A DNA stretch of 64,000 nt from NCBI GenBank assembly GCA_026936335.1, contig JAPMXV010000020.1, positions 124,001 to 188,000 on the forward strand, given 5' to 3'. Below the pieces are notes generated by a model that was given only the letters and a program-made list of their open reading frames with translations, searched no databases and had not been told where the DNA came from. How positions within the stretch are numbered: position 1 is the stretch's first letter; the number at the start of each line of letters is the position of its first letter. This DNA comes from Mantamonas sphyraenae STR306 (taxonomy: Eukaryota > Protista > CRuMs). Shown here piece by piece: positions 1 through 12,107 of the stretch. Both the position numbers and the translations under genes were made by a program.

Positions 1-2065
1 CAACGACGGAGCAACACCGTCGCCAACAGCAAACCAGGCAAGCACGTTGTGTTTCGCGAACCTGTGAGCGAGACGCAGGGCGACGGCAGCACACGCCGCG
101 GCAGACAGCAGCAGCAGACGCAGCAACAGGAAGCACGACGGGCATTGGATGCAGAGCGATCGCCACCGTCGGTGCAGCAGATCATGCAGGGGTTGCGGCG
201 ACGCACAAACGGAGAGGAGGGTGCAGAGGAGTCTCTGCACAGCGACGAAGAAGACCAAGACGTTCAGCCAAGCACACCCATGCGTGGCGTGCATGATGCC
301 GTGGCCGGCATCAAGGAGCAACGTGGTCAGGGAGGCAACGCATCGCTGTTTAGTCCTTCGCCATTCAAAGGAGGCACGTCCACGTCGTCCTCGTACGCAT
401 CCAGCAGCAGCAGCAGCAGCAGCAGCGGGTCGTGGTCGACGAAGGGTTTACACAGGAGGAGCTGGAAGACGAAGGGTGTACGATGACAGTGAGGATGATG
501 ATGATGACGAGGGTGACCACGCGGTGGGACAGGGGAAAGAGCACCAAGAGGAGGAGCTGTGGATGGACGAGGAGAGCGAGCAGACGAGAGAAATGGCGCC
601 GTTGGAAGTGGTGGAGGCCATTGCAGCAAGCATGCCGGCCACGGAAGAGGTGAGAGAGGTGGTTGCACGTGCTGTGGGCGAAGCGTGGGGTCGCATGGGC
701 GAGGAAGAACGACGAGCGCTGAGGGAACATGTGCAAGGGACGCAACATGCAAAGGATGCGTGGATGAGTGAGCAGCTGCAGCGACTGTGGCGCAGTAGGA
801 TGTGTCCAGAGGTGGATGTGGATAGGCTGAACTTTCTGGAGGCGATGGACGAGCGAGCCACAAGCGTGGTGCGACACTTTCGCCACAGCACAAGTGTACA
901 TAGCAGCACGCTGGTACGACTGGCCATTGTGGGGCCACGACGATCGGGCAAAACCACCCTGCTGTACCTTGCGGCGCGTGCGCTGCTGACGGAACTGGTG
1001 GCAAACGGCGAGTGGGCAGACACGTTTGTCTTTGTCGTCAACTGGAAACGATTGCTGCTGGACGTGGGCATCATCGACCAGCTCTTTCTGGTCATGATTG
1101 AAGCCACCGTGGAGCAACTCAGCGCCCAGCGCCCGGACTTGGCGGCGTATGCGGACGAACTCAGCGTGCACCTGCAATCACAAATCACAGACGGACCGGT
1201 GGCGCGGTTGAGTGCCGAGTTTCGCGAGACATACGCACCGCAATTGGTGCGCTTGCAGCTGCTCGCGACGAATCTGCAACGTGCGTGGAACGACAATGCC
1301 AAGCTGGATGAGTTTACAAAGCTGTGCACGCAGCTGCCCGTGTACATGAGCCAAATCTTTGGTTTCCAGCAGGTGTGCTTTGTGTTTGACAATCTGGACG
1401 CCACGCAGCTGCTGTTCAAGAACGGCAACCGCACAAGCAAACCCCTGTGCAACCTGCTCAAGGAGACACTGAGCGAACACAGCGCCATTGTCAGCGCCTC
1501 GCGCACAGGCCTGCTGTACAACCTGTTTCGTGACAACGACGGCTCGCAGCTCGTGTTCACCAGCACCGCAGACGTTGTGTCCAGCGTTCGCTTCGACGAA
1601 GAGTTTGGGCAGAGCGTGCCCGCCGAGTGGTTTTCCTTTGCCTTTGAGAGTCAGGAGAGCGTGCAGCTGAAGTACGAGCATGTGGGTGGACCCCCAGGCC
1701 TGCTCACACAGTATGTGCAGCTGGCACTCATGCTGGACGAGATGCAGGACAACTGGGGCGACAATCGCATCCACCTGAGCAAAGACGAGGAAGACGAGAG
1801 CAGTGCCATGGCCGGCTCAGCAGACTCGGCCTGTGTGCTGCGACTGGACACGGCCGCGGGGCAGGAGGCCCATCTGCTGGCGAGCATGGTCACCATCGAA
1901 CTGCTGGTCAATTGTGGCCTCATTGTCACGCAAGACAGCAAGAGCAGGCAGGCCACGCTGGCAAAGGGCAAGCCGGTGCCCATGCTACTCAACAAGCGCC
2001 AGCTGCTGGCCCAAGTGGTGATCGGTGTGCCGGGAGGACGCAGAAGGGTTGTCTTCCGCCAATGA
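1..2065 (+). CDS. Uncharacterised P-loop NTPase-domain protein, 5'-partial, with frame breaks at ~427-476
   Basis: Frame is open from base 1 (QRRSNTVANSKPGKHVVF...). The main ORF 149-2065 has a Walker A motif LAIVGPRRSGKTTLL and a Walker B-like FVFDNLD. Joining the acidic N-terminus needs either two -1 shifts at GGG runs (427-429, 474-476) or a 46-nt intron at 429-474. Confidence 0.6.
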
Positions 2066-2094
2066 AGGGATGGTTTGTTTCTGATCCGATCCGA

Positions 2095-3001
2095 TCACGC
2101 GTCAAACACAATATGCCGTCCCAGCGTCGGGTAGAAGCGCGTGCCGATGGTGACGAGGAGGGGGATGTCACGCAGCTCCCAGGAAAACTCTGCAGCGACT
2201 GTGGATGCACGCACGCTCTCGTCGGCGTGGTGATGCTCAATCCAGCGAGCCAGCAGGGCGCTGTCACACAGCATCTGGTACAGTTGGTCCTCGAGCCAAC
2301 TGATGCACACGTTTGTGTCCAAGCCAAGATCCATCATCATGGCCAACCCTTCCAAGATGCGCGAGATGGCACCGGTGCCTTCGTTGTCTGCCGTTTGTAC
2401 ATGCACGTTCTCGTCCGTGTCACTGGTGCGATCCGACGGTTCGTAGCTGATGACGCTGCACACGTCATTGTTCAGGTTGACCAGAAGGCAGCGTGCAGCA
2501 AGGACATCCTCGCTCTGACCCAGCACAAACCAGGGGAGACTGGCCCACTCCTTCAGCTCGTCTGTGATCTGTGTGTAGCAGTCCAACTGCCGCACATCTG
2601 TGTGTTTCTGTGCCGTTTGCACTCCCATCAGTGCAAAGTCGCTCACATAGTGCGCGCAGCAGCCGGCCAACAACGCTCGTGCTGTCGACGAGCTTGCCAC
2701 ACTGCTGCTTTCGTCGCTCACCACCGAATGCACGCTGATGTCGCTCACCACACTCTGTGTGTCCACACTGCCCATCCGTCCTTTGTACCCAACGCCAACA
2801 AACCTCCTGCGAGCCGCCCCTGCCTCTTCCTCCGCTGCTGCTGCTGCTGCTGCTGCTGTTCTTCGTCCTCTTCGTCCTCGTCCTCGTCCTCACTGTCGCT
2901 GTTGTCCACTCCCACCATGCGCACAGCACGCAGCGGTTGCGTTGCGCTGCCCAGCAACTCTTCATCTCTCTCCTTCAGCTTTCCTTGCTCCTGCTCCTGC
3001 A

Positions 3002-3036
<35 letters not shown>

Positions 3037-5000
3037 TGCTCCACGTTGACTGCCTCCATGGGCACCTCGCCGTCGACGCCTGTCCAATCCTCCTCCACGA
3101 CGAGCATGGTACGCTCCTCGGCGTCGTAATCGACGGGCACCTGCAGGATTTCGCCGCAGCGAATAAAATAACTGAGCACAAAGATGAGATTGTTGACCAG
3201 CTCGGGATTGCTGCCCACCACCACAGTTTTCAGCACCGCAGGTTCGCCGCTGTCTGCGCGGAAGCCGTACAGTTCAGCCAGTTGCTTGCGCAGGAGTCTG
3301 TTTGCGTCGTCCACGCCTCCCGAGGCCCTTCCACTGCTGCTACTGGCCGCTTGTGTGGCGAGCAGACCTGATGTCAGCCGCTGTTGGCCGTCATCCGAAC
3401 TCGGCCATCGGTTCTCCACCGTGTTGACCCACGATTGGTTGTGTCGCAAAAAGGTTTCGATGACAGTGTTGAGCAGGAAGCCCGTGCGACGTGTGTTGAG
3501 CGAATCCATGAGGGAGCGCAGCACTTGCAGGAACGAGCCCAGCAAGGCCATTTTGGCCTTGGCTGGCTTGCAAATCATGCCCAACCACACCAGTTCCGAC
3601 AGACGCGGCGCCACAAAGAACTCGTTGATGCTGTCCACAAAGTGTGCACATGCGGCGTGCACAGTCTTGAACCGCTGCAGTGCATACGCCTGGAACATCA
3701 TCATCGAGCGGTGGCTGTGCACATTGCGCTTGTTGCGTCCGCCGCTGCTATAGATGTGCACAATGCGCAGCAGCGACTCTTCCAGCAGCCTTCGGATGCG
3801 CACCATGCGCATCTCAATCACGTTGAGGTGCTGATGGATCAACTCCCGCAGCGTTTCGTTGTCCTCCAAGTAGAATACAATGCCCACGGCAATGGCAGGC
3901 GTGCGTGGCAGGTCGCTTGTGTTGGCACTCTTTGATGAGGACGAGGAGGATGAGGAGGAGGATGAGGATGATGACGAAGAAGACGTCGTCGACGAGGACG
4001 CCGATTGGCTCGATTTGCCCTGCGAGTTGCCCCCTGCCTTGGAACCACTCGCCATGCCTCCACTGCTGCTACTGCTGTTGATTTGGTCCACCGACGCATA
4101 CTCCTTGCGTAGGGACATGGAACGTCCGCCCAGCCGTGCTGGGTGTGAGTCGTCGTCGTCGTCGCCTCCGTGTGTGCTGTTCCCACGTGCACGCATGCCT
4201 CTCCCAGTCCCGTCGATGTCATCTCGCTCGCTTTCGCTGCGTGTGAGGGTGCGTGGAATGTCAGAGGCTGAACTTGTGTCCAGCACAAGCTCATGATCGT
4301 CCAGAGACGACCCTGTTTCGCTGCTGCTCAAATCCGAGCCCAGAACCATGCTACTTGGGCTGTCGCCACTGTGGCTGTACATGCGCAGGTGGGCCTGCCT
4401 TTTGCCGTATGTGCTGTGCGAGCGGGAGGAGGAACGACGCATGGAGCCGCCGCCAGCGGGCGACCACGACGGCTGCGTGGACAAGGGAAGCGGCTGTGAA
4501 GCACGCCGCACAGGGCGCGCCACACGCTCGCTGTCCGCACCCAGGTTGAAGATCTTGGTCAATAACACCATCTTCTTCTGCGGTACACTGTGCATCTTTG
4601 TGCTGGTGCTGCTATGTTTCAGCGGCAGCGCGCCAAACATCAGCTCGGCCACTTGCTGCATCTCCAGACGAGCACGCGACACCGCAGGCGCAAGTGCCGT
4701 CCGCACCTTGCGCTGGCTGCCACTCTGAGCCTCACGTGATCCGTTGCCCGACAGCGAGGATGAGGACGAGGACGACGATGAGGAGGAAGACGCGTCCAGT
4801 TCCACGGTGAGGGTTGTGCCGAGGGGAATGCCCGAATCAAACAGAAACTTGCACTGCTTGTTTTCCGTTTCTTGGCACACGACGACGCGCACCCGCCCTC
4901 CCAGGTCCAACTGCAGGTCCTCCAACGACGTGTCCTTGCGGTTGGCCGTCTCGCCCGCTTCACCCCCCACGGACTGCGGGCCAAAGAGGAAATTCCACAT
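2095..5000 (-). CDS. FNIP: Folliculin-interacting protein (FNIP1/2, Lst4 family)
   Basis: FNIP N-terminal motifs VRVVVCQETENKQCKFLFDS and ELMFGALPLKHSSTSTKMH. Middle motif KTVVVGSNPELVNNLIFVLSYFIRCGEI. C-terminal motifs LLAGCCAHYVSDFALMG, CISWLEDQLYQM and DIPLLVTIG. Split over two ORFs (2745-5081 and 2095-2775) by a frame break near 2860. Start taken as MWNFLFG at 5000. Confidence 0.85.
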
Positions 5001-5077
5001 CCTTGCCGGACCCGGCGCAGACAAGACGTCTTTGGCGTCCCAACACGCGCACGCGCATGTCCATAACGTGTGGGCAT

Positions 5078-7595
5078 TCATTCATAGATGCCACTTTCGG
5101 CCTCGCTCAGTTCCCGATCTGGGTTCAGCGCAGGCGACGGCTGCAACGCGTCGTCGTCGTCTGCCTGCAATCCTTGCAGCACCATACGCATCATCTTGTT
5201 CCATGTCTGCGGAGAGTACGAGTGCACACGTGCTGCACGCGCGTTGATGGCATCCCGCAGCCTGTGTACAACCACACGCTCCTCCTCGCGACTCTCCTGC
5301 TCTTGCGGGTGCTCTTGTTCCTGCTCGTGCTCCTCCTTCCCATCATCTGCTTTGCCCTCCTCTTCCTCACTCAGATCCAGCAGCAGTCGCGTGAGCATTT
5401 CCACGCCGCTGTCGCCCAACAGCTCAAAGTCGGACATAAACTCGCCCAGCACCTGGGTGGCGTGTTCCTGCAGGGCTGTGGACGTTTCGTACCGCTGTGG
5501 CTCGGCTTGCAGCGTCTTGAGCTCCTGCAACACAGCCAGAGGCGGAATCTTGACGAAAATGAACGGATCGCAGGTTTCCAGCATGTCGCGCATGTCGTCA
5601 CCCAGATAGCGCACGCCTGTGTCGACAGCCTCGCCGATCATGGCCATCTGCATCACCTTGAGGTCGTTGTCCAGGAACTCCATGCAGTCTTCGTAGGCCT
5701 CTTCAAAGCGCAGCAGCAGGGCCTTGAGCTCCCCGTGGTCGGACAGGCGTGGACGGATGCGGTGCTCTTCCACCTCACCGTACTCTTGCAACTTGAAGCG
5801 CAACTGCATCCACGCGTGCAGCATCTTGTTGGCAATCTCCGACAGGTAGCGGTTGGGATTCTCAGCCATCACCTCTGCGCGCGACAACATGTCCTCGGAA
5901 AAGTCGTCCCGCCCATGGCCGTCTGTTTCTGCGAGTGCGTTCAGCTCGCCGATTTCCATCAGCAGCTGCGCGCGTGCGTCACGCACCTCCATCAACAGCG
6001 ACGTAATCAGCACGTATGTGTCGCCCACCTCGCTCACCTCGTTCTCCAGCCTCTCGATCGGCGATTCATGCGGGATCGGGGCATTGTGGTATCGCGTGGC
6101 CGTGGCCATTGACGAAATGCTGTTGCTGCTGCTGCTGCTGGATGAAGATGAAGAGGAGGACGAGGTGGAAGCGGTGGAAGAGGACGCCGATGTGGATGAG
6201 GAAGACGACGACGAGGAGGAGGATGCAGTCGTTGTGTGGGCCTCGACCAACTCTCCGTCGTCCGATGTCTGTGCTGTTGTGGTCGTCACGGCCAATCGAC
6301 GCGCCGTGCTCGTGCGCTGTTCCTCCAGCGACGACAAGAATGACGACGCACGGCTCTGCGTCTGGTTGTGAACCTGATTGTGCTGCTGCTGCTGCTGCTG
6401 TTGCTGCTGTTGCTGCTGCTGTTGCTGCTGTTGCTGCTGCTGGTGGGCGCTGTTGAGGTCGTGGACGACATCGACGCCGGATTCGCCCGTTTCCATGCTG
6501 CGCGCCAGGTAGGGGGACTGCGACACGAGGTTGCTGCTTGCGGACGAGCTGCTAAACGCTGTGGAAGCAGAAAGGCCCATGCTGGCTGCAGCTGCCACGC
6601 CAGAACCCATCATCATGATGTGCGATCCGCTCGACTCGGGGGTGTGCACACGCTCGTCCAGAAAGCTCTCGATCTGGGTCAACACAGATTCGGTTTCGAT
6701 GGCATTCAGCAGAGGCAAGCGAGCCTCGTGTGCAATGCGCTCGGTGTCCTTGACCATCTCCCTTTCAAACGACGTCCATGTGCCGTCAAACTGTCGCAGC
6801 GACGTCTTCAGCTCCGCACACTGCGCCTCCAGCTTTGCACGCTCCTCTTCCAACACCTCCGGATCCACGTTTCCGTTGGCACCCGTTTGCATGCCAGCTC
6901 CGGATACACCTGCGGATGAGGACGACCCACCATCCGATCCGCCGCCTCCAGGCGACCCTGCACGTTCGCTGGCCTCACGCACACGTTGGGCATACCTGGC
7001 CTTGGTCAACATGGACGAAGAAGCCAGTGGCGATGAGGAGGAGGCCTGGTCGCCGCCGTGACCCCCTGCGCCGCCGCCGCCGCCTGCGCCGTGACGACGC
7101 GTGCGGCCGCTCAGTTCTGCACTGCGGTGGCAGCTCTGTGCAAAGCGACGCAGATGGCGACGCAGCTGGAGAAAGTCCCACTGCAGCTTCACACTGAGGT
7201 GTCGCAATAGGGAGGAGTGACGAAACTGCTGGCCGTTGATCATCACCACCGGCCACTTGGACAACACATCTCCCAACAGACAAAACACGGCGGGATAGCA
7301 TTCGTAGTTGCCTTTGAAGTCGACGCTGAAATGGGGCGGAAACTGTTTGCGATAATCCTTGGAGGTGCGCCGGATGCTCTGCCGGATGCACAGGTCGTTG
7401 ATGGCATCCAGCAGCTCCTGCCGCAGGTTGTCATACTCGTGCCACCATTCCGTCGACGTTGGATCCGCGTTACGTTCGTGCCGCGTCAACGCTCGCGCGG
7501 CGTGGAAGGCATGGTTGAAGTCACGGAACCGGTGTTCGATCTGATACTTCTGAGGCGACGCATTGTGGTTGACTGTCGTCGTACGGCTGGATGTC

Positions 7596-7631
<36 letters not shown>

Positions 7632-8542
7632 GAAGACGACGATGACGCCCCAGCACTGTTGCTGCTGTGTTGCCGTGCCGTGTTGGCAGCAGCCGCCGCC
7701 GCCGCCGCCGCGACTGTGTTTTCGCCGTGTGCTCGTGCCAGCATGCGTCGTGTGCGTGGCGACGGTGTGCTTGGCTCATTGGCCACCACCCTGGGTGAAG
7801 AAGAATCGTGTTGCACCACATGCACCGTTTCGCTTGCTTCCTCCTCCTCCTCCTGCTCGTCCTGCTCGTCCTCTTCTTGCGTCTGCTCCGTCACCACTGC
7901 CGCTGCCTCTCGTTGGCTTTGCGACGGCGGTGGCGGCTTTGGCGTGGACCGCACCCGGATACTCTCGTTGGCCTCGCCATCCCTGACCACCTCGCTCTCT
8001 CGTTCCCTATGTACACTGGCCATGTCCTGGCCCTGCCCCGTGTTGACGCGCAAAGTGCCACCGCCAAAATCCGTTTCGCGGCCGTTGCCTCCACCCCGTT
8101 CTTCCAGCGACCGTGCCGCACGTCCTGCACGACTCCTGCGACTCAACACCGTGTGGTTGTGTTCATCACGCACCAGTGCGTCGTTTGGTGTCTCTTGTGT
8201 CTCCACACTCGTCTCATGGGCGTCCTCAGCGCCGCCCACACCCTTGCGTGTCCCGTCGCCCTCTTCTTCCGTCGACGCCGTCCGCTCCAGCGACGTCACG
8301 GTGGTCATTGTCATGTGCAACGCACGCGGAGCACGCGATGCGTTGTGGATGGGTGGAAAGAACGTTGTGGTTTCATCCGCATTGGCCGGTTTCGGCGGAT
8401 GAGGCACCACCACCACCTGCTCCTCCGCTGTTCCTGCCTGTCCTTCACCTCCCTGGCCATGCGGTCCCGTGTCCAAACTCTCTGCGTCGGCCGTGTCCAC
8501 CAGCGTGGCGGCTGCACGGGTGCGCAACGAGAATGAGTGCAT
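5078..8542 (-). CDS. Uncharacterised protein with LST2/ZFYVE28 N-terminal-like helical domain(s) and no FYVE finger
   Basis: Uninterrupted ORF. RTSKDYRKQFP, LRQFDGTWTSFEREMV and DMLETCDPFIFVKIPPLAVLQEL resemble, from memory, LST2 RANRDFRVKFP, LRHFDVLFAEFELSYV and [23 protein letters not shown]. Contains poly-S, poly-Q and poly-E tracts. Start uncertain (8542 or 8695). Confidence 0.6.
6382..6441 (-). repeat. CAG/CAA poly-glutamine tract (about 20 Q) in the LST2-like gene
   Basis: (TGC/TGT)n run on the + strand. One of many coding trinucleotide tracts in the window, for example (GAT)n at ~7596-7629. Confidence 0.9.
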
Positions 8543-8704
8543 GATGCTGGACTGCCAGGTGAGGAAAAAGTGTGTCGGTGAGTGACTCTTTTTTTGTGTG
8601 GCCTCGCGCATGCTGCTTCTCCAACTCGGTGTGCCACACATGCGTTCCCGACGATTCATCCATGCGACTTTGTGCTCACACACAGCAGTGCCCATTGCGC
8701 CGCC

Positions 8705-10530
8705 TCAACGGCCAAAAAAATCGCCGTCAAAGTCCATCTTGACGACGCGGATGTCCTCTGCAATCTGCGGGTTCTCCTGGGCAAACAGGTTCCACATGTC
8801 GTACACGGCGGTGCGGTAGCTAAAGTGGCCGCCGCTCTTTGTGCGCAGCTCGACAATGTGGTAAAACTCACGCAGGTTCATCTTGAACAGCGTTCGCTTG
8901 CGCATGGCCATGCAGCTCACATAGGCCGCCTCGTGGGGAAAGTCTGCAGCGATCGTTTCAAATGCCTCCCGTGATCGTTCCATGGCACTGGTGTACAGTT
9001 CCAGGCCACCCGCCTCCTCCAGATCACGCGGCACCTCCCAGCCCAACGACACACCCAGGGGCTGGTTGATTTGTGTGCACATGCGATGGCGCTGCAAGTC
9101 ACGGTAGGCGCCATAATCCATGGCTGTGTCAAACACCAGCGCCTGACCACACTCAAACTCGCGGCTGGGCCAATCCCAACGGCTGCGGTTGCCCTGCACC
9201 GCTTCGTACACGCCTTGCTTGTCCTCCTCACTCATCTCCTGCACCACAGCCACAATGTCGGCGTAGCTGTGTCCAGAGGCACTGTACAGCATGGTGGCCA
9301 CAGCCTCGTCGCGCAACGAAAGACCATCCGAAGAGGGATGGAAGCTCACACGCGGTGTGGCATCACCGTCGGGTGTAGAAAGGTGGCCGAGGTGCTTGGC
9401 TGCCAATTGTGTCAACACCTCCTTCTGCTTGACAAGATACTCTTTGGGATCGGTGCGTTTGACCAGCGTCGGCGCACCTTTCACCTGGTAGTTGACAGCC
9501 TCGCCGATGCGCTCGAGCATGTCACGTGAGGCATCGTTCAACGTATCCTCCTGTGCCATGTCCTCCAGCAGGGCGTTCACCTTGTCCGACTGCGGGTTGA
9601 AGGCAGGGCTCAGGGCGGCGTTTTGGATCTCCTCGCCAATGCGGCTGATCTCCTGCGTGGGGCTGGCCTTGAGCTTGCTGATGCAATGGCGCAACGAACG
9701 TGCGTTCATCACCAGTCCAAGGTTGGTGATTGTTGCCGTGGGCAACACATACCGTGCAACGTCCAGAGCACGTGCGCGCAGTCGATTCTGGTACAGCTTG
9801 TCGCTCATTTGCTTGCCCTCTGCGTCCGGCTCGGGCTTTGGGTACGCTTTGCCATAGTATTCAATCATCACGTCCACCAGCTTGGCATAGGTGTCCATCA
9901 GGTACGCAATGGTTTCTGTGTACAGCTCGGCGTGCGCAGACTCCATCAGGACAGGCGGCTCGTAGTGCTTGAAGAATGGCACATAGCGTGTACTCTTCTC
10001 CTGGTACGACGCAATCCGGTTGTCCTCGATCGCCTTGGACGCAAGGATCGACACGTTCTCGCACGCGATGGAGATGGTCGCCATGTCTGCCACACTGTAC
10101 GTTGTCGACAAGTAACGGTGGTCGCACGAGGATGTGAGTTGATGCACGTCGCATGCGTGGCCGTCGGAGCAGCATGTGCCCCCACATGTGCAGGGAAGGG
10201 CCGCAGTGTGTTTTTGCTTTTGGCGCGAAAAGCGCGCCAAAAATCCCACGCTCGACACGTCAGCGAGGTTTCGGAGGACTTGGGCACTCACCTGGCATCA
10301 CCGTAGCCCAGGACCCACTTTTCGTGGAATGCTTCGGCCTTGGAATCGCTGAGGGAAACGAGGGAATCGCGGATGGAGGCTGTGGAGCGGGAGTACTTGG
10401 CCATGCTGACGGCGAGGACTTCGGGCGACACACCGACAATGGCAAAGATGTCTCTGTCAGCTGTGTCCTGCTCCTGTTCCGTCATTTGTTCCTGCTTCTG
10501 CTGCTGTGTTTGTTCGTCGGTGGACGACAT
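8705..10530 (-). CDS. thyX: FAD-dependent thymidylate synthase ThyX, two-domain (long) type; exons 10292-10530, 8705-10094 (542 aa)
   Basis: Motifs AKYSRS, KWVLGYGDASVADMA (rebuilt across the GTGAGT...TACAG intron at 10095-10291), SYQEKSTRY, DVARYVLP, DYGAYRDLQRHR and ELRTKSGGHFSYR. Confidence 0.92.
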
Positions 10531-10576
10531 GGCAATGGCGTTTTTGTTTCTCTGGGAGGCGCCCAGCCCCCGCACT

Positions 10577-11993
10577 TCACCCCTCCTCCTGTGTGTTGAG
10601 CAGCTCTTCGTCCATGGCATCCGCCGGCTCCTGGTCATTGTCGTTGTCGTCTGTGGGATCGGTGTCGTCTTGGGTGGCGGTGCTTGCAGCAGTGGAGGCG
10701 GTTGAAGACGGGGCAGCGCGAAGCTGTCTGCGCTGAGGCACGGGGGCGTTGGCCTGCTGCAGTGCCATAGCACTGATACTGAGGCTGGCTGTGGAGGCTG
10801 TGGCAGAGTTGGAGGCTGATGACGTGGATTGTTGGGCGCCTGCAGCGCCACTGTCGGAAGAAAAGATGCTTGGCGACGGAACGACGCCTTGCTCCTCTGT
10901 GTTGCGAGATTGTGACTGTACCTGTGATTGTGATTGAGATTGAGATTGCGATTGCGATTGAGATTGAGATTGCGAGTCGTCGTGCTGCATAGCCCGCATG
11001 TTGGCCATGTAGCGTTGGAAGGCGTTGAGCTTTTGCTGGTGTTCCTGGGGATCCACTGCGTCGTCTGCGCCTGTGGCCTGGCTGTCCTCGTCAATGACAT
11101 CCACGTCGTCCAGGTCGCCGTACAGCCTGGTGCCTGGCACTGTGTCTGCTGTGCCAGCGTCTGCCAAGCTGATGGCCTGCATGTGGTCCAGTGAGTGGAC
11201 CAAAAAGTCGCGCATGGTGTTCAACTCCTGGCTGGCAATGTTGTTCAGCTGCAGAAGCGCCGTGTCCACGGACAACGACTCCAGATCGCGCAGGATCTTG
11301 TTGCGTCGCACTTCATACAAATCCTGAACCAACGACCGCGTGTTGGCCACTTGCTCAATGTCGTCGGCGGCACTGCAAGGTGGCGAAAGAGAGGGGGAGG
11401 TGTCAGCGGGTGGAAGGGGACGGGGGACGGCGGGAAGAGGGGGGGATGGCAACCACGCACAAGTTGAATAACAAATTGGAGTGTTCCAAATAGTGGAAGG
11501 GCACGTCTGTGTACACGTCGCTGTCCTTTTCCGTGTCGACAGCAGTGGCCAGCGCGTCTGCAGAGAGCCACTCCGGCACCTCGATCTGACAGCGCTGGTG
11601 CTTCTTCAGCGCAATGGCAAGCCACAGTGGCACCGAAATGGGCAGACCTGCTTGGAACGGACCAATCCGTCTCTGTGTGGGGTGGCCACGGTGGGAGAGA
11701 AGGCCCCGGAGCGGGTGAGTTTGTGGAAGTCGCAAGGTCAGGGTTGATCACACGCCGTGTGACGTTTTTGCACCGCGCAACGCTCGCAAGAGGGCGAAAG
11801 TGGGGCAAGTGGAATGGAGCAGGGTTGGCAAACGGGTGTGGGAGGCGCAGAGAAGGTAGGCCAGACTTACGTCGATGAGGTCCAGTGGCTCAAGGTTGAA
11901 GTTGGGAACAATACGGATGGAGTCGTCTTCGGCCAGAAACTCCAGCTCGGCCGGAGTGAACGAGGAGTACGACTCGTAGGCCTCGTTGGACAT
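10577..11993 (-). CDS. GINS2: GINS complex subunit Psf2; exons 11871-11993, 11461-11672, 10577-11372 (376 aa)
   Basis: FTPAELEFLAEDDSIRIVPNF, GPFQAGLPISVPLWLAIALKKHQRCQIEVPEWL, PFHYLE and DLYEVRRNKI. Two canonical introns (GTAAGT, GTGCGT donors) keep the frame. Long low-complexity C-terminal tail. Confidence 0.93.
10905..10976 (-). repeat. Hexamer-like repeat encoding (SQ)n in the GINS2 tail
   Basis: + strand gattga/gattgc iterations; translates as SQSQSQSQSQSQSQSQVQSQS. Confidence 0.9.
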
Positions 11994-12107
11994 TGGGCAC
12001 GGGATGATGGGATTGGTGAGGAAGGTGACAAAAAAGGTGAAAAGGGGGGAGAATGGAACTGCGGGTCGTGGCGACGTGTGCGCGAGCGACGCAAACCACA
12101 AAGTGCG

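Noticed and set aside
2781-2803. 23-nt GT...AG micro-intron that would fix the FNIP frame (and a 46-nt one at 429-474)
   Set aside because: Neither has a consensus donor or branch point. Well-supported introns here are at least 76 nt, and a missing homopolymer base explains both more simply. Not fully excluded.
2095-8542. FNIP next to an LST2-like gene as an mTOR-related cluster
   Set aside because: The LST2 call is tentative, and neighbouring genes in this window are otherwise functionally unrelated.
8695-8707. The thyX TGA is in frame with the downstream 1205-aa ORF (TGA GGC GGC GCA ATG), suggesting a readthrough fusion
   Set aside because: ThyX ends at a plausible C-terminus, an in-frame neighbour is a 1-in-3 chance, and the first ~50 codons of the downstream ORF look non-coding.
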